Positions 56,274-64,000 of a DNA stretch of 64,000 bases are shown here, piece after piece (position 1 is the first letter of the stretch; the number at the start of each line of letters is the position of its first letter). A program made the position numbers and the translations under genes. This DNA comes from an uncultured virus (IMG/VR IMGVR_UViG_3300044635_001663) (taxonomy: Duplodnaviria > Heunggongvirae > Uroviricota > Caudoviricetes), in IMG/VR virus record IMGVR_UViG_3300044635_001663, positions 1 to 64,000 of that record. One strand, given 5' to 3'. Below the pieces are notes generated by a model, which was given only the letters and a program-made list of their open reading frames with translations, made no database searches and had not been told where the DNA came from.

Positions 56274-57187
56274 ATACTATTAGACCTTCTCGTTTTGAAG
56301 ATATTATTGGTCAGGACGATGTTATCAGTAGACTAAAAATAGTTTCTAGTGCATTTAAAGGATCTGATGCTAGTGGGGTTATGCCTCATGTTTTAATAGA
56401 TGGGCCTCCAGGTCTTGGTAAAACAACCATAGCGAGTGCTATAGCAACAGAACTAAATGTAAATCTTTACACAGTCAATGGGGCTAATATTAGAAGCATT
56501 AAAAATCTATTACCATATTTAATGGGGATAGCTCCAAGATCAGTATTGTTTATAGATGAAATTCATAGATTGCCAAAAATTGTTGAAGAATTTCTATATC
56601 CTATTATGGAAGATTTTGTATTATCTTTAGTTATCGAAAATAAACCAGAAACTATTGATCTTCCAATGTTTACTATTATTGGAGCAACTACGAGTGGAGG
56701 TAGTCTGAGTCAACCATTCTATGATAGATTTACTATGAAAGAACATTTGTCATTTTATAGTGACAGTGATCTAGCTAAACTAGCAAGATTGAATGCGAAT
56801 AAACTAGGTATTATCATCTCTGATGATGATCTTTTAGAGATTGCAAAACGAAGTAAAGGTACTCCTCGTATTTTAAATGCCCGCCTACAATGGTATAAGA
56901 GCTATGTAACATACCATATTAATAATAAGCCATCTGTGGATGAGATTTTTAATACACAAGGCATAGATCATCGAGGACTAGATGTGTATGATAGGTTATA
57001 TTTAGATATATTATCTAAAAACAAACTAAATCCAATTGGATTAAAGAGTATGTCTTCTCTAACAGGTATTGCGATAGAGACTATCGAAAATAGTATTGAG
57101 CCTTTTATGGTCAGAATGGGGTATGTTATTAAGACCCAAAAAGGAAGAATACTAGGCAATGTCAAATCTCAAATATCTAGTACATAG
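56270..57187 (+). CDS. ruvB: Holliday junction branch migration ATPase RuvB
   Basis: IRPSRFEDIIGQ, GPPGLGKTT, FIDEIHR, GATT, DRF, GTPR, IEPF. Confidence 0.95.
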   Translation: MNTIRPSRFEDIIGQDDVISRLKIVSSAFKGSDASGVMPHVLIDGPPGLGKTTIASAIATELNVNLYTVNGANIRSIKNLLPYLMGIAPRSVLFIDEIHRLPKIVEEFLYPIMEDFVLSLVIENKPETIDLPMFTIIGATTSGGSLSQPFYDRFTMKEHLSFYSDSDLAKLARLNANKLGIIISDDDLLEIAKRSKGTPRILNARLQWYKSYVTYHINNKPSVDEIFNTQGIDHRGLDVYDRLYLDILSKNKLNPIGLKSMSSLTGIAIETIENSIEPFMVRMGYVIKTQKGRILGNVKSQISST

Positions 57188-57560
57188 CATTATTATATTC
57201 TGTATATTACTATTAAGTAGTCAGACTTTATTTGCGGCCCCTCCTATTTTTGTAAAAACAGCAGAAGATAGTATCCTTTTAGCAATAGATACAGAATTAC
57301 CTTTGTTGTGGATTTTTACAGCAGATTGGTGCGGAGCCTGTAATATTTTGAAACAAGATATTCATAATGATTTAACTTTAATAGAGAACAGCATCATATG
57401 CTATATAGATTATGACAAAAGAAAAGATCTTACACAAGAGTATAAAGTAAAAGCAATACCTGATCAAATTTTGTTTCATAAAAACAAAGAAATAAAAAGA
57501 AGAGTAGGATACAATAAAAACAAAACAGAGTTGAAAGAATGGATAAAGTCTAAACCATAA
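57159..57560 (+). CDS. exported thioredoxin-family protein
   Basis: Signal-like N-terminus; FTADWCGAC; cis-Pro AIP. Confidence 0.8.
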   Translation: MSNLKYLVHSIIIFCILLLSSQTLFAAPPIFVKTAEDSILLAIDTELPLLWIFTADWCGACNILKQDIHNDLTLIENSIICYIDYDKRKDLTQEYKVKAIPDQILFHKNKEIKRRVGYNKNKTELKEWIKSKP

Positions 57561-57872
57561 ATGTTAAATTTTTTTTCATCAAGAAAACTTAGATATGCGA
57601 TTAGGTCTCCAAAATGGAGTACTATTCGTAAGGAACACCTTAAAAAGTATCCGACATGCACAGCTTGTGGATCTTCTAAAAATCTTGAAGTACATCACAT
57701 CGTACCTGTTCATATTGATCCATCAAAAGAACTAGATATAGATAATCTGATTACTTTATGTTCAGAGAATTGTCATATTCTTTTTGGACATCTAATGTAT
57801 TTTAAAAGTTGGAATAAAAATGTTGTCAATGATTGTGCTAATATGAATCAAAAAATTATTACCAGACCATAA
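57561..57872 (+). CDS. HNH endonuclease
   Basis: CTAC..EVHHIVP..NLITLC..CH. Confidence 0.85.
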   Translation: MLNFFSSRKLRYAIRSPKWSTIRKEHLKKYPTCTACGSSKNLEVHHIVPVHIDPSKELDIDNLITLCSENCHILFGHLMYFKSWNKNVVNDCANMNQKIITRP

Positions 57873-57923
57873 AATATCGGTTAATAGTGTATAATTATAT
57901 TACCAATATTGTTAAGGTGATAT

Positions 57924-59072
57924 ATGAAAAATGTCTGTGTTTTATTAATAATAATTTTATCTACTACTATATTTAGTTATAGTCAGGCAGGAACTATTGA
58001 TCCTTCGGTATCAGATGCTTCTTATGTCACATATGGTCAAAAATTTAAATGCGTAGTGCATATTTGTGGTCAAACTTTTGATAAAAAAACATACTGTGCT
58101 TCGGCCGTTGTCATTAAAAAGAACTGGATTATTACAGCAGCACATGTTGTTGAGTCGTGTGAAAAAGTCAAGGTTGTTGTCGAGGATAAAGAATATTGTG
58201 TCGATCAAATGTTTATTCATAAAGATTTTAACGATAATCAATTTGGCACAGCAGATATTGCATTGGGATATATAAAAGAAGATATAAATTTAGACTTTTA
58301 TCCAGAACTATATACAGAAAATAATGAAGTAGGAAAAATTTGTTGCATATCTGGATTTGGTATTACTGGCACCTTTAATACAGGATCTGTCAAATCAGAT
58401 CACCTCAGAAGAGCGGGGTCTAATTATATTGATAAGATAGATAGAGATTTATTAATATGTACACCTTCATTTAAAGGAAGCACAAGACACACAGTTTTAG
58501 AATTTATCATATCTCATGGAGATAGTGGAGGAGGTCTATTTATAGATAAAAAATTAGCTGGAATCAATTCTTGTGTTATAGCAGAAGATAAAAATCCTAA
58601 CTCTAATTATGGAGATGAAGCTGGACACACTAGGGTTTCTAAATTTAGTTCATGGATCAACGAAGTTATATCCAGCATAGAGAAACCCAAAACACCAGTA
58701 GAGACAAACTCATTTAGTAAAACTAAACAGATTACAACAGCCAATGAATTATCTAATACAAATCATATTAATATAATTATATACATATCATGTTTGATTA
58801 ATGTGGTTTGCATAGCGATTGGTTATTGCCTTGGCAAACTACAAAATTATCATAGAGTGTCGGAAGACAACAATTATGTTGTCCATAACAGAAAAAATGT
58901 CAAACAACATAGTTCAACTAGTCAGACACCTATTTCAATAGATAGCAGTAAGGTAGTTGTTGATATAAATACAGAAGGACTAGAAAAAAAATACAATAAA
59001 TTAGGAGATATTAAAAAGTCACAAGATAATATTTCCAACTCTATTAATAAACTTAAAAATATGAAAGGTTAA
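57924..59072 (+). CDS. trypsin-like serine protease (S1) with signal peptide and TM
   Basis: ITAAHV, DIAL, GDSGGG. Confidence 0.9.
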   Translation: MKNVCVLLIIILSTTIFSYSQAGTIDPSVSDASYVTYGQKFKCVVHICGQTFDKKTYCASAVVIKKNWIITAAHVVESCEKVKVVVEDKEYCVDQMFIHKDFNDNQFGTADIALGYIKEDINLDFYPELYTENNEVGKICCISGFGITGTFNTGSVKSDHLRRAGSNYIDKIDRDLLICTPSFKGSTRHTVLEFIISHGDSGGGLFIDKKLAGINSCVIAEDKNPNSNYGDEAGHTRVSKFSSWINEVISSIEKPKTPVETNSFSKTKQITTANELSNTNHINIIIYISCLINVVCIAIGYCLGKLQNYHRVSEDNNYVVHNRKNVKQHSSTSQTPISIDSSKVVVDINTEGLEKKYNKLGDIKKSQDNISNSINKLKNMKG

Positions 59073-59074
59073 TT

Positions 59075-60076
59075 ATGGCTGCTGGTTTAGATGTAGGAAC
59101 AAGTTATATCGTATTGTCTAAAGAAATAGACAACAATATTGTTTATAAAGACTTTAGAGACGCTTTTTATATTATCAAGCCAACAACCCCAGTTGCTACC
59201 AAAATGATAGAGAAGGGATTATCTGGTAAGACTTTTATCAAAGATACTGATGGAGCTTTTATTCTTTTGGGTAAAGACGCTATAGAAAAAGCTATAGAAC
59301 GTAATGATACAGCAAAAAGACCAATGTATAGGGGCGTAGTTTCTGCCAAAGAAAAAGACGCAAAAAGAATTTTGGCTTTTATTTTAAAAGAAGTGGCTGG
59401 ACAAGCACAAGAAGAAAATGAAAAATTAGTATTTTGTATTCCGGCACAACCAGTAGACCAAGAAGACGATGATTTTGATGTAGGGTATCATGAAGATGTA
59501 GTAAAAAATATTTTAGCAGAGTGCGGGTATTCTCCTCGTTCAATTAATGAAGCAGAAGCACTATGTTATGCCGAACTTGAATCTGATGATTATACTGGAA
59601 TAGGCATCAGTTGTGGAGCAGGAATGACCAACGTATGTGTTATGTTAAATGGAGAACCAACAGTTGTTTTTAGCACTACTAAATCTGGTGATTGGATAGA
59701 CCGAATGAGCGCTATAGCAACAGGAGAACCAGACAGTGTTGTTCAAGTTGAAAAAGAAGGAGGTAATTTTGAAATAGGTGTTGCAAACGAAAACACAATT
59801 CTAGCAGCTGTGTCGGTATATTATGAAAGACTTATAGAATATACTGCTAAAAATTTAGCACACGCATTAAAAAATCATAAAGCTTTACCAAAATTTAAAA
59901 ACCCATTGACCATAGTTGTGGCCGGAGGAACTTCTCAAGCCAAAGGGTACATAGAACAACTAAGTAAGCAACTACTGAATAATGATTTCCCGGTGGAAAT
60001 TAAAGAGGTCAGACACTCCACAGACCCCTTACATGCGGTAGCCAAAGGGTGTTTGATAGCAGCTAATATATTATAA
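59075..60076 (+). CDS. actin-like ATPase (MreB/FtsA/ParM superfamily)
   Basis: GLDVGTS, INEAEA, GISCGAGMTNV, VVAGGTS, AVAKG. Confidence 0.8.
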   Translation: MAAGLDVGTSYIVLSKEIDNNIVYKDFRDAFYIIKPTTPVATKMIEKGLSGKTFIKDTDGAFILLGKDAIEKAIERNDTAKRPMYRGVVSAKEKDAKRILAFILKEVAGQAQEENEKLVFCIPAQPVDQEDDDFDVGYHEDVVKNILAECGYSPRSINEAEALCYAELESDDYTGIGISCGAGMTNVCVMLNGEPTVVFSTTKSGDWIDRMSAIATGEPDSVVQVEKEGGNFEIGVANENTILAAVSVYYERLIEYTAKNLAHALKNHKALPKFKNPLTIVVAGGTSQAKGYIEQLSKQLLNNDFPVEIKEVRHSTDPLHAVAKGCLIAANIL

Positions 60077-60373
60077 ATAGATACGACACCCGACCACTTG
60101 ACTATACTATTTTTTAACGTATAATACGAATATGAGCACAGACAATAACAAGCCTCAACACAAAATCAAATCGAAAAAAATCCATTTTTCTGATAAGCAC
60201 GGCGAAGATAAAGATGTTCGCAAAAGCAAAAATCAGTTTAAGCAGAGAAAATTGGAGTTGTACGAGGAAGAATTAACAGACGAGATGTTAAAAGATTGGG
60301 ATCAGTATATGTAAGATCTCTAAGGTTTTATTTTAGAGGTATAGTTTAGGACAAATTATATTTTAGGAAAATT

Positions 60374-60916
60374 ATGCTTAAAGAAGACACAAATAAGTCA
60401 TATAATCTATATAGGTTATATAGAGAAGACATTTTACAGAGCGCCCGAGCCGCCATTTCTGCTAAAAATAGTAAAACTTCTATTTTGATTCTTAATCCTT
60501 GTAGTAATACTAGCTTTGTTTGTTCCTCATTTTCAAATGTTCTATCATCAGTATATCCTCAACTATTACCAAATTTTCAGATGTTGAGTAAGAACCAGAT
60601 GAGATTGGGACACGTACAATACGTAGAAGTAGAATCAGTTAACTATAATAAAATTATTATTGCTAACATGATATGTCACGATGGATCTAAGAGTAAGACA
60701 AACCCAAGACCGTTTCATTATGTAGGATTATCTTTTTGCTTAACAGATATTCGCAACTACTGTAACAGATTCGTGTCTAGTAAAGATGGTGTTGGTATGG
60801 ATATATATTGTCCCAAATTGGGTTCCGTATCATCAGGTGCCAACTGGCTATTTATTCAAGATATATTTCATGACGTTTTTGGAACAACGTCTTTACGCTT
60901 TTTTATTAAACCATAA
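60374..60916 (+). CDS. macro-domain-like protein (divergent)
   Basis: IIIANM..CPKLGSVSSGANWLFI resembles the macro P(R/K)IGxGxxGxxW motif. Confidence 0.5.
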   Translation: MLKEDTNKSYNLYRLYREDILQSARAAISAKNSKTSILILNPCSNTSFVCSSFSNVLSSVYPQLLPNFQMLSKNQMRLGHVQYVEVESVNYNKIIIANMICHDGSKSKTNPRPFHYVGLSFCLTDIRNYCNRFVSSKDGVGMDIYCPKLGSVSSGANWLFIQDIFHDVFGTTSLRFFIKP

Positions 60917-61275
60917 AGGAAAAAGATAATTATGTTAGATCTACCTCACGAGATGATTAGTAATTTTAATCTAGGCAGCATGACAGTAAAGGTTTACACA
61001 AAAAAAACTCCGACAGCAGACGATCCTAGTGGAATGGGAGTATATTTTGATAATATCAACAATATTGTTAAGGGTTTTACAAATCCAGGACCACAAGACA
61101 TTCCCAAAATTGTTAATGAGTTATACGAAGTAGATGATATAACAAGGGTAGAAATTTTAAATCCTATGAACAATAACGGAGTAGTAGTATATATGGATCC
61201 TGCTTATAAGCTGTAATCACATGAATATCATATATTATTATGCACTAATAATTAGTATTATTTTAGGATTTTTAC

Positions 61276-61830
61276 ATGGACTCTATAAAGCCAACTCTTA
61301 ATAGACTGAATGGTCAAAGATGTTATTTAGCAGGAGCGATGGATCGTGTGAAGGATAGGGGTGCTACGTGGAGAGATAATATTACTCCGATTTTAGAAAA
61401 TTTTGGAGTATCCGTATTTAATCCACTTAAAAAACCAACAGATGTTGGCCTAGAAACACCAGATATTATCCAGTATAAACAACAATTAAAATCAAATGGT
61501 CAGTATGATGAATTGACTAAATTAATGAAAACCATTAGATCTGTTGATCTTAGAATGGTTGATATTTGTGATTTTTTAGTTGTAAATCTTGATATAGACA
61601 CACATCCGTGCGGAACATTAGAAGAAATTTTTTTGGCAAACAGACAGAAGAAACCTATAATAATTCACATAGAACAAGGTAAAAAGCTTACCCCTGACTG
61701 GCTGTTTGGAACCATACCTCATTGTCTATTCTTTTCTAGTTGGCCAGAACTGCATGAGTATTTAAAACATATCAATAGTGATCAAAATATAAACACCCTT
61801 AATAGATGGTACTTCTTTAAAAATGTCTGA
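61276..61830 (+). CDS. nucleoside 2-deoxyribosyltransferase-like protein
   Basis: YLAGAM, WR, VFNP, DLRMVDICD, GTLEE. Confidence 0.75.
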   Translation: MDSIKPTLNRLNGQRCYLAGAMDRVKDRGATWRDNITPILENFGVSVFNPLKKPTDVGLETPDIIQYKQQLKSNGQYDELTKLMKTIRSVDLRMVDICDFLVVNLDIDTHPCGTLEEIFLANRQKKPIIIHIEQGKKLTPDWLFGTIPHCLFFSSWPELHEYLKHINSDQNINTLNRWYFFKNV

Positions 61831-62356
61831 AACACAAAAAAATATTCAAGATAATCATTATGAGTTGCCCCCGAACCCAGATTCATCACCGTCGATAGAA
61901 TATGTGTCCTCAAATACATTAATTACAAATCCTCCGTATGAGTTTATTGACATCCATAAAACCAAATTGGGACACTCTACTATTGGAGGAATAGGAGTCT
62001 ATGCAACAGAAAATATTAAACAGTTTGAACTTATAGAGCGTTGCCCACTTGTTCCTCTAGAATTTAGATCTAAATATATAGGGGACAGAGCTATATGGAA
62101 ATACTGTTATAGCAAACCATTGTGTGATTGTGCAGACTGTAAGAGTCACGGATTCGTTATGTATATGGTACTTGGTCACGGAATGATTTATAATCATCAG
62201 GATCAAAATAATGCCGAAATGAAATTTAATCATAAAGATTTATATGTAGACATTGTAGCCTCTGTAGATATATCTGCTAATCAAGAAATTTTTACTAATT
62301 ATGGATCTAGATATTTTGCTGGTATGACAAAAAAAGTAATTAGAGATCAGCAATGA
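61823..62356 (+). CDS. SET-domain protein
   Basis: GIGVYA..I, IYNH, EIFTNYG. Confidence 0.85.
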   Translation: MSETQKNIQDNHYELPPNPDSSPSIEYVSSNTLITNPPYEFIDIHKTKLGHSTIGGIGVYATENIKQFELIERCPLVPLEFRSKYIGDRAIWKYCYSKPLCDCADCKSHGFVMYMVLGHGMIYNHQDQNNAEMKFNHKDLYVDIVASVDISANQEIFTNYGSRYFAGMTKKVIRDQQ

Positions 62357-63063
62357 CCAACACAGCTATAACAATGACAGCTTTTAAAAGAACGAACTAT
62401 TTTAAAACTGTTCTGAATTCTATAAAAAATAGTATGGATTATTGTAGAACTTATCTTCCGATTTATATATCTATAGACTATTACTCTGAAGAAATTCCAA
62501 CTTTAGTGAAATCTATAGATTGGACCGAAATTCATATGCTAATAAACAATCCTTCTGTAGGATGCAATCAAAACACTAGGAACGCAATATCTTATGGACT
62601 ATCTATCAAAGATTCCGTGATACATATCGAAGATGATACTGTCATGTCAAAGGACGCTATTAAATTCTTTGTAGATATGTTAAAAATGTTTCATGATGAT
62701 AGTTCAATAGTGTCTGTTACAGGATATAACAGAACAATCTCCTTAGACTTAGATAATAAATCAGATTTTTCTAAGATAGAACAACAAAATCATTTTACGT
62801 GTTGGGGTGCTGCTTTCTGGAAACATAAAGCAGATATATTATTAGATAATTGGATTCAAACTTGCAATAAAGAAAATAGTTCTATATCTTGGGATAGTCA
62901 TATTAATGATAATATTTTTATTCCAAATAAATTATATCAGGTTAAACCTATGATATCTCGTATACAAAATATAGGGGCGGAAGACGGCACATGGGTTCCT
63001 TCGGCTGGATGGCATTATGATAATCATAGATCTCCATTCACATCAGATGATTTATTATCATGA
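62353..63063 (+). CDS. GT-A fold glycosyltransferase
   Basis: AFKR, HIEDD, CWGAAFW, SWD, SRIQNIG. Confidence 0.75.
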   Translation: MTNTAITMTAFKRTNYFKTVLNSIKNSMDYCRTYLPIYISIDYYSEEIPTLVKSIDWTEIHMLINNPSVGCNQNTRNAISYGLSIKDSVIHIEDDTVMSKDAIKFFVDMLKMFHDDSSIVSVTGYNRTISLDLDNKSDFSKIEQQNHFTCWGAAFWKHKADILLDNWIQTCNKENSSISWDSHINDNIFIPNKLYQVKPMISRIQNIGAEDGTWVPSAGWHYDNHRSPFTSDDLLS

Positions 63064-63689
63064 TTAAATTAATTATTTTTGATATGGATGGAGTGTTAGT
63101 CGATCTATGGGATGATAAAGACAAGCCTTTATTAGGACGTTTTTATAGTGCTCATTTTGCTTTTACTGTTGGGCAATTCTGTAAAGAAGTTACACATGAT
63201 CCCAACTACTATTTCCACGGTGAAGAAATTAGCATAGCAGCTAGAGCTTATACTCACGGTTATGATATTTATCACCCGCACAAGGTAGTGTGCTGGCATG
63301 AATATACTAGAAAAGGCCGATCAAAACAATGGGACGATGATCCTGTATGGGGCAATCCTAACAATGAGTGCCATCTTCGTAATCGCAAACTATTTGAAAT
63401 GTACGGAGGAAAAAGAGATATAGATTTTGGTCCTTATGGTTTTGGAACAGAAAGGACTTTAAGGGACTATGAGAAATATGCAGGTATTAGTTTTGGAAAA
63501 AGAGCAATACAAAAAAGTGTAACAGAACGCAAAGCTCCTCCAGATGCTATGCAATTTAGCACAGACCAAGAATTCGATGATGCTTTGCTTAGAATTTTTA
63601 AACACTGTATTGATATAGGATACGACAGAGTAAAAGAAACAGACTATGATTTTTCGGTTGTAGCATTCCATGATGAAGGAGATCTATGA
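63060..63689 (+). CDS. chimeric ORF: HAD motif I joined to a GT60-like GlcNAc-transferase fragment
   Basis: IIFDMDGVLVD followed abruptly by SAHFAF..HDP..FHGEEISIAARAYTHGYD. Confidence 0.55.
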   Translation: MIKLIIFDMDGVLVDLWDDKDKPLLGRFYSAHFAFTVGQFCKEVTHDPNYYFHGEEISIAARAYTHGYDIYHPHKVVCWHEYTRKGRSKQWDDDPVWGNPNNECHLRNRKLFEMYGGKRDIDFGPYGFGTERTLRDYEKYAGISFGKRAIQKSVTERKAPPDAMQFSTDQEFDDALLRIFKHCIDIGYDRVKETDYDFSVVAFHDEGDL

Positions 63690-63730
63690 TGTCTAATTTA
63701 GGGGATATCAAATCACAAAAACTAGGAAAC

Positions 63731-64000
63731 ATGATACTTGAAGGTCATTTAGGAGGATTTTTTGATCAAGGAGATGGTGGAACTTATTATCCAAACATGT
63801 GGTCATATCTGGTAAATAAATATGATATAAAAACTGTTTTGGATATAGGATGTGGTAGGGGTTTTTCTTCTTTATACTTCAAGAGTATTGGATGTGAAAT
63901 AACGGGAGTTGACGGAAGCGTAAATGCTGCTCAATCATCATTAATTCCAGAAAACTTAATTACTCACGATTATTCAAGAGGCATGACCAATATAGATAAA
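63731..64000 (+). CDS. class I SAM-dependent methyltransferase (3'-truncated)
   Basis: Manually translated: GHLGG..VLDIGCGRG..GVDGS. Confidence 0.8.
   Translation, partial: MILEGHLGGFFDQGDGGTYYPNMWSYLVNKYDIKTVLDIGCGRGFSSLYFKSIGCEITGVDGSVNAAQSSLIPENLITHDYSRGMTNIDK

Overview
A 64-kb segment of a large lytic-type bacteriophage genome, with almost all genes on the + strand in the standard genetic code. No virion genes, integrase or CRISPR array are visible. Cys-rich secreted proteins suggest a Planctomycetota host (inference). The first ~12.7 kb is visibly more GC-rich and looks like an early/host-takeover region: small genes, tRNAs and a probable ncRNA block. It is divided into ~0.8-2.3 kb modules by ten copies of an 82-bp element, each made of two 29-bp imperfect palindromes (11-7-11, consensus CGTAAGTCCTT-N7-AAGCACTTAGG/AACGACTTACG) whose starts are always 53 bp apart. 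Their 24-bp GC-rich linker occurs in both orientations, and most copies are followed by a sigma70-like promoter with a conserved CGAT in the spacer. A second, 46-bp bipartite repeat (GTCTCACCTAA-N28-GTCAGCC) occurs five times. The rest is AT-rich and gene-dense: many small hypothetical genes, nucleotide and repair genes (ThyX, UvsE, ATP-dependent ligase, HhH glycosylase, EndoVII, RuvB, PRTases, phosphoesterases, deaminase), rIIA/rIIB-like genes, a primase-like protein, S8 and trypsin proteases, Hsp20, an actin-like ATPase, SET and macro-like domains, glycosyl- and methyltransferases. It also holds tmRNA and several unexplained structured RNA candidates. There are 11 tRNAs in the window overall, including Ser-ACT, Ile-TAT and a short-arm Leu-TAA. 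All calls come from reading motifs by eye; no searches were run.
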